From positions 1 through 48,634 of the IMG/VR virus record IMGVR_UViG_3300045988_068629: DNA of 48,634 bases. One strand, 5' to 3'. Every line of letters starts with the position of its first letter. The first letter of the stretch is position 1. Under the pieces are notes generated by a model. That model searched no databases. It saw only the letters and a list, made by a program, of their open reading frames with translations, and was not told the origin of the DNA. Of this stretch, positions 16,250 to 24,203 are shown piece by piece. A program made the position numbers and the translations under genes. Source of the stretch: a virus.

Positions 16250-16986
16250 AGTTAACGATACTCGGGAGCAGCTCGGCGGGCAACTGCTATCTGCTTGACA
16301 ACGGAAAGGAGAGCTTGCTTGTAGAATGTGGATTGAGCTACAAGAGCATCACGAAAGTTCGCGACTTTGACGCTCGCCGTGTGAAAGGGTGCATAATCTC
16401 ACACGAGCATGGCGACCACGTCAAGGGTAGTGTAAAGGTGCTTGAAGCTTGCATACCTTGCTACATGTCAGCAGGCACAGCAAAAGCCCTGGGGCTGGAG
16501 GGTAACCACCTTGTGACGACCGTTCAGCCGATGAAGCCCTACCGTCTTGGTGGCTTTACAATACAGGGCTTTGATGTACAGCATGACGCCGCCGAGCCTC
16601 TCGGGTATCTAATTCACCACAAGGAGATAGGCACAACGCTCTTCGCAACTGATACGTACTACCTCAAATATAAGTTTGCAGGGCTGTCAAACATCCTGAT
16701 TGAGTGCAACTACCGGCATGACATCTTGGAGGACAATGTTGCGGCGGGTGTGGTTTCCAAAGCTCAATACAACCGCACTATCAAGAGCCACATGAGCCTT
16801 GAAACGTGCAAGGAAGTCTTGCTTGCAAATGACCTGTCAGCGGTAAACAACATCGTGCTTATACACCTGTCGCCGACGAACAGCCACGCAAGCGACTTTC
16901 AGCAGAGTATTAAGGAGCTGACCGGAAAGAATGTGGTCATCGCAGAAGCAGGATTGACCATTGATTTTGACAAGTCACCCTTTTAA
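16246..16986 (+). CDS. Metallo-beta-lactamase-fold hydrolase (probable recombination nuclease)
   Basis: Contains the SHEHGDH (HxHxDH) motif, LTILGSSSAGNCYLL at the N-terminus and a downstream D/H motif. Confidence 0.8.
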   Translation: MKLTILGSSSAGNCYLLDNGKESLLVECGLSYKSITKVRDFDARRVKGCIISHEHGDHVKGSVKVLEACIPCYMSAGTAKALGLEGNHLVTTVQPMKPYRLGGFTIQGFDVQHDAAEPLGYLIHHKEIGTTLFATDTYYLKYKFAGLSNILIECNYRHDILEDNVAAGVVSKAQYNRTIKSHMSLETCKEVLLANDLSAVNNIVLIHLSPTNSHASDFQQSIKELTGKNVVIAEAGLTIDFDKSPF

Positions 16987-16992
16987 CATTCA

Positions 16993-17008
16993 GTGTATCA
17001 CTATAAAA
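16993..17008 (+). promoter_or_regulatory. Conserved box GTGTATCACTATAAAA
   Basis: Lies 10 nt upstream of the ATG at 17019. It is one of six or more copies of this box. Confidence 0.5.
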
Positions 17009-17018
17009 GACAACTATC

Positions 17019-17447
17019 ATGAATTGGTATCAAGTAAAAGCGCGCCTGGAGCGCGTAGCAGACAACGGAGCAATCAAGGCAGATTCAGAAGTATTCCTTG
17101 TGAAGGCTAATTCGTTCGCCACCGCAGAGCGCGTCACAATGGAAGAGGTCGTGCAATACGCCACGGGTGGCGTTGATGTCGTCGCCATGGCGCGAAAGAA
17201 CTACAAGGAGGTGTTTGTTTCCAACGAGGCAAATGCAGACAAGTGGTTTAAGTGCAAGCTTAGCTTCCTGACCATCGACGAGAAGAGCGGAAAGGAGAAG
17301 AAGACCGCACACCTCTTCCTGGTCAAGGCGGTGTCCGCGCTGACGGCGCACCAGGCGGTGGATGCCTTTATGTCCACATCGCTATCTGACTATGTCATTG
17401 AGCAGGTGGAGGAGACCAAGATTATTGACGTAATAGAGTGCGCGTAA
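17019..17447 (+). CDS. DUF4494-like protein
   Basis: MNWYQVKARLERVADNGAIKADSEVFLVKANSFATAE resembles the Bacteroidota DUF4494 N-terminus. Confidence 0.45.
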   Translation: MNWYQVKARLERVADNGAIKADSEVFLVKANSFATAERVTMEEVVQYATGGVDVVAMARKNYKEVFVSNEANADKWFKCKLSFLTIDEKSGKEKKTAHLFLVKAVSALTAHQAVDAFMSTSLSDYVIEQVEETKIIDVIECA

Positions 17448-17461
17448 CAGCACCAAAGGCG

Positions 17462-18163
17462 ATGAAAGATACATACTACTTCCAGCACGACTACAACGCA
17501 CGCAATGACCCGAAGCTGCAAGAGGTGCTTTTGGAACATGGAGTTGCAGGTGTCGGTGTCTTTTGGTGTGTCATAGAGCAACTCTACGAGCAGGGCGGAA
17601 AGCTCCCACACAAGGCATGCAAAAGCATTGCATTTGCATTGCACGTGGACTGCAAGCTGGTTGAGAGCGTGGTCAAGGATTTTGACCTCTTCAAGCTGGA
17701 TGCCCGCCACTTTTGGTCAAAGTCTGTGATTGCCCGCCTTGATAGACGCAAAGAGATTTCCGACCGAAGGAAGACCGCCGCCGCATCAAGGTGGAAGCCA
17801 CGCCAGCAAGAGGTGCAAGTGCAAAGCAAAGATGATGCAATTGCATTGCAAGAGCTATCCAAAGGAAAGGAAAGGAAAGGAAAGGAAACAAAAGGAAATG
17901 ATATAGAAGAAGAGGAGGGTGCAAAGACCGCTAAGCGGTTTTGCCCACCCACCTTGGAAGAGGTGAAAGCGTATTGCAAAGAAAAGGAGTACACCATTGA
18001 TGCCGAGCGATTCATTGACTTCTATACATCCAAGGGGTGGTTTGTAGGAAAGAGCAAAATGAAGGATTGGCAAGCAGCCGTCAGGAATTGGCACAAGGGT
18101 AGCAAAACAGATGGAGGTGCGCGCACCACGAGCAACAACAACATAAATGACGAATGGCAATGA
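17462..18163 (+). CDS. Replication initiator-like protein (DUF4373 / Lin1244-type N-domain, DnaD-like C-terminal region)
   Basis: MKDTYYFQHDYNARNDPKLQEVLLEHGVAGVGVFWCVIEQLY fits DUF4373. The C-terminal EVKAYCKEKEYTIDAERFIDFYTSKGWFVGKSKMKDWQAAVRNW is present. The low-complexity KGKERKGKETKGN segment is encoded by AAAGG repeats. Confidence 0.65.
   Translation: MKDTYYFQHDYNARNDPKLQEVLLEHGVAGVGVFWCVIEQLYEQGGKLPHKACKSIAFALHVDCKLVESVVKDFDLFKLDARHFWSKSVIARLDRRKEISDRRKTAAASRWKPRQQEVQVQSKDDAIALQELSKGKERKGKETKGNDIEEEEGAKTAKRFCPPTLEEVKAYCKEKEYTIDAERFIDFYTSKGWFVGKSKMKDWQAAVRNWHKGSKTDGGARTTSNNNINDEWQ
17835..17889. repeat. ATGCAATTGCAT palindrome plus (AAAGG)5 tract inside the initiator gene; imperfect inverted copy of 35666-35728
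   Basis: The palindrome is at 17835-17846, and 17835-17850 equals the reverse complement of 35883-35898. The AAAGG tract is at 17861-17885. Confidence 0.7.
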
Positions 18164-18894
18164 GCAACGGCACTCAGACGAGCATAGCAAGTGTGCTTAA
18201 CTACATCAAGGAGCGTGGCGGCTTCGGTGGCTTTTGCAGGTACAGATACAACTACGACCTTGACCATGCCTTGCAGGTCGTGGAGGCTATCGGCAAGTCT
18301 CGCAATCCAAAGTTCGTCATCGACGATGAGAATAGGTTTGCTTACACCAACTTCGTCAAGTGGTGTCACGGGGACGAGACGATGAGGGCGCTGAATCCCT
18401 TGACGGGGCAGGAGCAAGCGGGAGACCTCAACCGGGGCATTTACATCGCTGGAAATACAGGGTCGGGCAAGTCCTGGTGCTTGGAAGTAATGCTTGCATA
18501 CTCGCAGGCTATGGGCTTTGCCATTAGCTTTGACGATGGCGCAAAGGAGGTGGACAGACCGCTGTATTGGGCTATCACAAGAGCCGACGAGGTGTGTCAG
18601 GCGTATGTTTCGGGTGGAGAGATACAAAAGTACAAGCAGCGCGCAATGATAGGCGTCCAAGACCTCGGACAAGAGCCAAAAGAGGTGCTATACATGGGCA
18701 ACCGCCTGAACGTTTTGCAACAGCTGTTAGAGTACCGCGGCGACCGCACCGACCAACTCACGCTAATCACATCCAATCTAAGGATTTCAAGTGATACGCT
18801 TAAACGCAACTACGGCGACAGAGTGCAATCGCGGCTTGTTGAAATGTGCAACTACTTTGAGATTAAGGGGCGAGACCGCCGTAAGGGCATCTAA
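18154..18894 (+). CDS. DnaC/IstB-like AAA+ ATPase (helicase loader)
   Basis: Walker A is IAGNTGSGKSW and Walker-B-like is IGVQDLGQE. LTLITSNL and DRVQSRLVEM..G.DRR follow the DnaC pattern. Confidence 0.7.
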   Translation: MAMSNGTQTSIASVLNYIKERGGFGGFCRYRYNYDLDHALQVVEAIGKSRNPKFVIDDENRFAYTNFVKWCHGDETMRALNPLTGQEQAGDLNRGIYIAGNTGSGKSWCLEVMLAYSQAMGFAISFDDGAKEVDRPLYWAITRADEVCQAYVSGGEIQKYKQRAMIGVQDLGQEPKEVLYMGNRLNVLQQLLEYRGDRTDQLTLITSNLRISSDTLKRNYGDRVQSRLVEMCNYFEIKGRDRRKGI

Positions 18895-18905
18895 AACGAA
18901 GAGCA

Positions 18906-19490
18906 ATGAAAGTGTACATCAGTGGTCAGATTAGCGGGCTTGAGTATGAAGATGCCCGCGCGCGCTTTGACAAAGCAGAGGACTTCCTTAAAGGTCTCGG
19001 AGTTGATACGGTCAATCCAATGGACAACGGTCTTCCCGAAGAATCAACATGGATTCAGCACTTGTGCAAAGACTTGGAGCTTCTACATGATTGTAGCCAC
19101 ATCTATATGATTGACGGCTGGCAGTTAAGTCGTGGTGCGTGCATTGAATATGACTTTGCCGTTCGCACCGGTAAGAGCGTGCTGTTTGAATCAAGCATCA
19201 TCAGATGTCAAGATATCGTGCTTCGCGTTACATCGGCTATCCACGAAGTCACGGGGCTAAAGCTTAGCGATTACAGAGCCAGCGGTAGAAAGATGGACGG
19301 CTTCTTTGCTCGCATGATGTTCGCGCACCATTGCCGTCTTGAGGGTATGACATTTTGGGACATCGGGAGATTCATCAACAGGGAGCGCACCTCGGTGATA
19401 CGCACCCTAAATGACTATGATAAAGAGTTCAAATACAACGCTTTCTTCCGCAGTATGGCGAAGAGGGTAGACGAGATATTAAGCCGGTAG
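18906..19490 (+). CDS. DUF4406 (nucleoside 2-deoxyribosyltransferase-like) domain fused to a DnaA C-terminal-type HTH domain
   Basis: N-terminus: MKVYISGQISG...IDGWQLSRGACIEYDFAVRTGKSV. C-terminus: LSDYRASGRKMDGFFARMMFAHHCRLEGMTFWDIGRFINRERTSVIRTL. Confidence 0.6.
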   Translation: MKVYISGQISGLEYEDARARFDKAEDFLKGLGVDTVNPMDNGLPEESTWIQHLCKDLELLHDCSHIYMIDGWQLSRGACIEYDFAVRTGKSVLFESSIIRCQDIVLRVTSAIHEVTGLKLSDYRASGRKMDGFFARMMFAHHCRLEGMTFWDIGRFINRERTSVIRTLNDYDKEFKYNAFFRSMAKRVDEILSR

Positions 19491-19526
19491 TGCGAATGAA
19501 GAAATAACTACTACTTTTGAGGTAAA

Positions 19527-19541
19527 TGTATCACTATAAAA
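19527..19541 (+). promoter_or_regulatory. Conserved box TGTATCACTATAAAA
   Basis: Lies 10 nt upstream of the ATG at 19552. Confidence 0.5.
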
Positions 19542-19551
19542 CAAAACGAGC

Positions 19552-19935
19552 ATGAACAAGACTAAGATGCTGGAATGGATAGGCACGCGCCATGTTGGCG
19601 TATCGTCAAGAACTATGTGGGTCGCCTTGATGGGCGTTGCACGCGGCGTGAATGATTTTAACGGTGGCTTTGACGTGCCGTATGATTGGGACGACTTTTC
19701 GCGATGCTATGACCTTGTCACGTATGGGGAGGTCACGAAAGAGGAGCTTCAAAAGGTCGTTGAGGCATTCCCGTTTTACAAGCCAATCATTGACCGCTGG
19801 GATGAGCTTGTTGAAGCCTATCTAAGTCCAGGTGGCAAGGGAGTGTACCGAATCCTTGACAGCGTGTATGATGAGGTTATGAGGCTTAGGGGCTACACCA
19901 ATCTTGGTGGCGGGCTTTACAGCAAACAGCTATAA
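19552..19935 (+). CDS. Hypothetical protein
   Basis: 127-aa ORF following the conserved box. Confidence 0.5.
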   Translation: MNKTKMLEWIGTRHVGVSSRTMWVALMGVARGVNDFNGGFDVPYDWDDFSRCYDLVTYGEVTKEELQKVVEAFPFYKPIIDRWDELVEAYLSPGGKGVYRILDSVYDEVMRLRGYTNLGGGLYSKQL

Positions 19936-19954
19936 CAACCAACAGAGAAAGAGC

Positions 19955-20209
19955 ATGAACATACATGAATTGTTAGACATCCTAATTGTCGCCACCGGCA
20001 CTTTTGTAGTGCTTCTCATGGCTGCAATCTCTGAGCTTATCAGAGAGCGCAAAGAGGCAAAGAGAACAGCGAGAAATCATCGCGAAGAAGTCGCAAGGCT
20101 TGAAGCAAGAGTTGGCAAGCTTCACGAAGGGTGGAAGAAGCAGAACAACGACAATGCGAGACTTCGCAGACAGCTGCACGAGCAGAGAATGAAGAATCTA
20201 CACAAGTAA
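19955..20209 (+). CDS. Small membrane-anchored coiled-coil protein
   Basis: MNIHELLDILIVATGTFVVLLMAAI is a TM segment, followed by a basic helical region. An internal ATG was preferred over the overlapping track start. Confidence 0.45.
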   Translation: MNIHELLDILIVATGTFVVLLMAAISELIRERKEAKRTARNHREEVARLEARVGKLHEGWKKQNNDNARLRRQLHEQRMKNLHK

Positions 20210-20216
20210 AAGAGCT

Positions 20217-20423
20217 ATGACAAAGAGAGAACAGATTGACGCCATTGTCGGTCATCTTGAATTGGTGATTGACGATGTTAAGGAGCTTATCAAAATCACA
20301 GAGGACGCTGGTAGCTGGCTTAATGGACGAGGCGCGCAGGTCAATGATGATGTAAACTACAAGCTTCGCGAGCTGAAAGACGTGCTTGTAGATTTATCAA
20401 TAGACATCGATGGGATGGACTGA
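20217..20423 (+). CDS. Small hypothetical acidic protein
   Basis: 68-aa ORF whose stop overlaps the methyltransferase start. Confidence 0.4.
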   Translation: MTKREQIDAIVGHLELVIDDVKELIKITEDAGSWLNGRGAQVNDDVNYKLRELKDVLVDLSIDIDGMD

Positions 20424-21607
20424 TGGCTACAGAATGTGCAAAAAAAATAAAGGTGCTATCACTCTTTGACGGAATGAGCTGCGGGCAGATAGCCTTGCGA
20501 GAGCTGGGCGTGCCTATTGAGCGCTACTACGCCAGCGAGATAGACAAGCACGCTATCAAGCAGACGCAGCTCAATTTCCCCGATACGATACAGCTCGGAG
20601 ACGTGGAGAAGTGGCGAGAGTGGGACATTGAGTGGTCGGAGATAGACCTCCTCCTCGCTGGCTCGCCCTGCCAAGGATTCAGCTTAGCTGGTAAAATGCT
20701 CGGTCACGACGACCCACGAAGCAGGCTGTATTGGGTGTTCCTCGACATCCTGCACCACGTGCAAAAGCTCAACCCTAACGCAAAGTACCTCCTTGAGAAT
20801 GTGCGGATGCGTCCATCAGACGAGCTGGGGATAAACGAAAGCCTCGGCATTAGACCCGTTGTTATTAACTCCGCCCTTGTGTCTGCACAGAATAGAGTGC
20901 GCCTATATTGGAGCAACATACAGACGAAGAGCGAGGGGCTATGGGGCGAGCTGCTCACAGATATACCCCAGCCAGCCGACAGAGGCATCTACATCGGAGA
21001 TATCCTTGACGATGAAGTAGACGAGAAATACTATATGCGCAATCTCTCTCTCAACGAGGATGCCCTTGAAAGCATAGCTCTTACGCAGGGCGGGAAGGCG
21101 TCAGACGTAGTCAAGCTCGACAAGAAGCTAAAGCCAAAGGCTAATCAAGAAAAGGCTTCTTGCCTAACTGCTGGAGGACATAGCGGAGGCAACCACTCCG
21201 ACATGGATATCTTGTATATGGGCATCTACCAGCGTGGGCGTGGCTATATACCCCCAAGTATAAAATTTGTCAAGTCACCAACCTTAACCTCAAACAGCTG
21301 GCAGGCAAATAATCCGCTAATTATCCCTGGCACTTGGCGAACGCACAAGGATGGTCAGGGCTTCCGCCCGACAGCTGGAGGCAAAGCCCCGTGCATCCCC
21401 GCAAGAGCGAGGAACGACGGCAGCGGACAGCCCGTAGCTAAAATAGGCTATATGCTCCGCCGCCTCACCCCTACCGAGTGCGCACGCTTGCAAACAATCC
21501 CCGACTGGTATAAGTGGGGGTGCTCCGACACCCAAGCCTACAAGATGCTCGGCAACGGGTGGACGGTTGAGGTGGTCAAACACATCTTATCGCACATCAT
21601 CAAATAG
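20423..21607 (+). CDS. DNA (cytosine-5)-methyltransferase
   Basis: Motif I is LSLFDGMSCG, motif IV GSPCQGFSLAG, motif VI LLENV. RLTPTECARLQTIPD and motif X MLGNGWTV are also present. Confidence 0.9.
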   Translation: MATECAKKIKVLSLFDGMSCGQIALRELGVPIERYYASEIDKHAIKQTQLNFPDTIQLGDVEKWREWDIEWSEIDLLLAGSPCQGFSLAGKMLGHDDPRSRLYWVFLDILHHVQKLNPNAKYLLENVRMRPSDELGINESLGIRPVVINSALVSAQNRVRLYWSNIQTKSEGLWGELLTDIPQPADRGIYIGDILDDEVDEKYYMRNLSLNEDALESIALTQGGKASDVVKLDKKLKPKANQEKASCLTAGGHSGGNHSDMDILYMGIYQRGRGYIPPSIKFVKSPTLTSNSWQANNPLIIPGTWRTHKDGQGFRPTAGGKAPCIPARARNDGSGQPVAKIGYMLRRLTPTECARLQTIPDWYKWGCSDTQAYKMLGNGWTVEVVKHILSHIIK

Positions 21608-21615
21608 CAACTACT

Positions 21616-21879
21616 ATGACACTCAACGACATCAAAGACTACATACAGAGCAACGTCACGTTGCACTTCGTGAAGTATGACCACACAGATGGGTGGTTTA
21701 CACAGACAGAGATAGGCTACTATGAGATAGAGCTTTCGGGAGGTGCTTACTCTATCATGACACCCGATGAAGACGACTTCACCGGCATGTACAGCGACCT
21801 TGAAAGCGCAAAGGACGCCTGCATAGAGTATCACAGAAACGCCCTTATCAAGGCGATAGAAGACGGAAGTAAGAAATGA
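21616..21879 (+). CDS. Hypothetical protein
   Basis: 87-aa ORF tightly packed in the operon. Confidence 0.45.
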   Translation: MTLNDIKDYIQSNVTLHFVKYDHTDGWFTQTEIGYYEIELSGGAYSIMTPDEDDFTGMYSDLESAKDACIEYHRNALIKAIEDGSKK

Positions 21880-22199
21880 CACGAGAAGAAGTAAAAGCTC
21901 AGCTGGCTAAATGCCCGCTGGAGTGGAGAGAAATCATGCATAGAAACAGCGGTCATCGGTCTCTCAAGGCTGAGATAAAGCGAGGCGACCTGAGCGCCGA
22001 GTACCGCATCCTCTATAAGTATGAGCGCTTCGAGCTTAAACGGGTGAGCCTCATGCTTGTGGCGATGGCTGACCACTGGGAGTGCGGCGAGTGCGTTCTC
22101 CGCAAGGTAGACAACTTCCCGACACTGGAGGAGGTAAAGGCTAAAGCTGAAGCCCACCGCGTCGACCTAATCTGCTTAATGCTCGGCATTAAAGAATGA
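21876..22199 (+). CDS. Hypothetical protein, paralogue of 12482..12760
   Basis: Its MTREEVKAQLAKCPLEWRE aligns with MTREEIANSLKPLEWLH. Confidence 0.5.
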   Translation: MTREEVKAQLAKCPLEWREIMHRNSGHRSLKAEIKRGDLSAEYRILYKYERFELKRVSLMLVAMADHWECGECVLRKVDNFPTLEEVKAKAEAHRVDLICLMLGIKE

Positions 22200-22555
22200 C
22201 AACCATGAATAAAGAACAAAAAGAAGCACTGCAAGCATGGTGCATGCAGACAATCGTAGACCATCGCATAGACTACATACGTGGTAGCATCCTTGTGTGT
22301 GTCGTGGACTACATCTGTGCCGGTGGCTCTCACCGCATACGACGGGCGAAGAATATGTGCAATGGTGCTATCAAGTTCAAGATAAGCGCCGAGATAGACG
22401 AATGCACTACGCTCTCAATGGCGCTTTCATCCATAGCAGGCAGAGTGCAACTGACGGAAGCCGAGAATGACGCCCTTCTGTGCATCCTGGGGTGCATGTG
22501 GAACGGTGCTATCAAAAAGATAGACAAGCTTCATCAGGAGCGTAACAACGGCTAA
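22196..22555 (+). CDS. Hypothetical protein, paralogue of 11417..11773
   Basis: Its MTTMNKEQKEALQAWCMQTIVDHRIDYIRG aligns with MTMNKEQKEVLTAWCNNLLVTYRLDYFRG. Confidence 0.55.
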   Translation: MTTMNKEQKEALQAWCMQTIVDHRIDYIRGSILVCVVDYICAGGSHRIRRAKNMCNGAIKFKISAEIDECTTLSMALSSIAGRVQLTEAENDALLCILGCMWNGAIKKIDKLHQERNNG

Positions 22556-22557
22556 CA

Positions 22558-22683
22558 ATGGAGGGATTTGTATTAGACCAGCTCCAAAGGGAGGAGCAGA
22601 TACAAAGCATCTGCATTTGGGCTATTATCATCGGTATTGCCTTTTTGGTGTTCGGAGTAATACACCTGTGCAGTAAAAGGTAA
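22558..22683 (+). CDS. Possible 41-aa single-TM peptide (not in the ORF track)
   Basis: Translates to MEGFVLDQLQREEQIQSICIWAIIIGIAFLVFGVIHLCSKR. It starts 2 nt after the upstream stop. Confidence 0.3.
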   Translation: MEGFVLDQLQREEQIQSICIWAIIIGIAFLVFGVIHLCSKR

Positions 22684-22748
22684 AGCAAAAGCCCATTTGC
22701 TTAACGCATCAAGAGAATAGGTTAAAGAAAACGCAAATACTTACACGT

Positions 22749-23314
22749 ATGACAAGAAACGAACTATCATTTAGAGCGCACCAAAACGCCGTAAATAAGG
22801 GATTTTGGGCGGTCAGAAGAAGCACGGAGCATTACATCATGCTTGTGCAAACGGAGATTTGTGAGCTGGTGCAAGCTGACAGAAAGGGCAAGACCCTCAG
22901 CAAGGCAAACGAACTCTCTACAAGGACATCATCAATCCTAAAACGCCCACCAAGGGAGCAACCGACAAGTGGGAGGAGACGTTTGAAATGTTCCTTGAAG
23001 GCACGGTGCCCGTGGAGCTTGCGGACGTTGTCATTCGCCTTGCCGACCTCGCAGGCTCGCTGGGCATAGACTTCAACAAGCTCAATCCCTGCAACTACAT
23101 TCGTGACTTCGCGAAATTTGAGGTGACGGAGAACGCGCTTGGTCTTGTCAAGGGGCTTGTGCGAAACGACATCTGCATTGAGCGCCGCATCCTCTTCGCA
23201 ATGGACTACTGCTTTGGCTGGGCAGCGGCTATGGGGATAGACCTATGGTTTTATATCGGGGAGAAGATGAAGTACAACGAATCACGTCCAGCCCTCCACA
23301 ACAGACGATACTAA
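22749..23314 (+). pseudogene. MazG-like pyrophosphohydrolase split by a frameshift near 22910-22920
   Basis: The frame-A N-terminus (KGFWAV..QTEICELVQADRKGK) and the frame-B C-terminus (YKDIINPK..VPVELADVVIRLADLAG..MKYNESRPALHNRRY) together align with the intact paralogue at 11789..12385. The junction falls in a ctctct run. Confidence 0.6.
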
Positions 23315-23316
23315 CC

Positions 23317-23901
23317 ATGGCAAAGGAAAGAGTGCCGGCAACCGCGCGTGAAGAGGTGTTGAGCGCCTTTATCAATGATGGCTTACCCATCATGACGGCG
23401 GTCAAAGCGGTTGCCGGCGATTATCCTGCATTCACGACAGAGCAGATATACAAAGCCGTCGCACACATGAAGGAATACAAAGCCCACCTTGCAAAGCTCG
23501 GAGGTCGCAATGTCATCCCCAATGATGCCGTCGACAGGGTCTTTGAAATCATACAACGTGATGGTGTCGGGATGGTAGCGGCAATACGCACGTACATCGC
23601 GGAGAGCGGTTGCCCCATGAAAGAAGAATCGATACGAAGCAAGATAAAGCGTGGTGGGGCGGTTGGAGAAGCAGCGCGGAACGCTGCTAAGATTAACGCC
23701 GCCAAAATCAATGCCGAATCATTGCGCGCAAAGGTGAAGCGTGATGCCCGCTATGAGTTAATCAAGGACGGGGGAAGACAACCAAAGGTCAACGGCTTCA
23801 ACGGCTACGATTGCCGCGAGTTTTGGGATATGTCGGAATGGATTAGGCGCGGGCTTATCAAAGCAGACGAAACGAAGAAATCAAAGAGCACATGTATTTA
23901 G
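23317..23901 (+). CDS. Hypothetical protein with two HTH-like internal repeats
   Basis: REEVLSAFINDGLPIMTAVKAV.. and VDRVFEIIQRDGVGMVAAIRTY.. form an internal repeat. The start was chosen at MAKERV. Confidence 0.45.
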   Translation: MAKERVPATAREEVLSAFINDGLPIMTAVKAVAGDYPAFTTEQIYKAVAHMKEYKAHLAKLGGRNVIPNDAVDRVFEIIQRDGVGMVAAIRTYIAESGCPMKEESIRSKIKRGGAVGEAARNAAKINAAKINAESLRAKVKRDARYELIKDGGRQPKVNGFNGYDCREFWDMSEWIRRGLIKADETKKSKSTCI

Positions 23902-24197
23902 AACAGACATCACAGATTCTTGGTGACGCCACTTGCTGGCTACAAGCTGTTGACATTCCTGATGGGATGACCCTTGAAGGTGCGGTTGATTGGATTGTCG
24001 GGATGAAGCGCAATGAATCGGGCATCATCAGGGCGACAAGAGCGCACAAGACTTATGACATCGCGAACTATTCAGACGGAGAAATCACAGAGGTTGATGA
24101 TGCCCTTATGGAGGAGTTCGGACACCTGGAAGTAAGCCGTATCAGAGCTAATGGCGGGTGGGGTCAAATGAACTATTATGTAGACTTTAAACGATAG
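23892..24197 (+). CDS. Hypothetical protein
   Basis: 101-aa ORF overlapping the upstream gene by 10 nt. Confidence 0.45.
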   Translation: MYLEQTSQILGDATCWLQAVDIPDGMTLEGAVDWIVGMKRNESGIIRATRAHKTYDIANYSDGEITEVDDALMEEFGHLEVSRIRANGGWGQMNYYVDFKR

Positions 24198-24203
24198 AGA
24201 GAA

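Noticed and set aside
17861-17889. (AAAGG)n tract as a microsatellite or CRISPR-like repeat
   Set aside because: It has no spacers and lies in frame inside the initiator gene, encoding KGKERKGKE. It is reported instead as part of the palindrome/tract element.
18022-18672. 216-aa minus-strand ORF opposite the DnaC-like gene
   Set aside because: It lies entirely antisense to a well-supported Walker-A/B ATPase gene. It has no motif, start context or promoter. It is a typical shadow ORF in GC-balanced coding sequence.
22916-23069. Frame-A continuation of the second MazG-like gene as a genuine C-terminus
   Set aside because: The translated sequence (STRTSSILKRPPREQPTSGRRRLKCSLKARCPW...) is basic, low quality and unlike the paralogue. 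The overlapping frame B aligns well with the paralogue.
23684-23716. AAKINAAKINA duplication in the coding sequence
   Set aside because: It is a trivial 15-nt in-frame tandem duplication inside a hypothetical protein, with no further structure.
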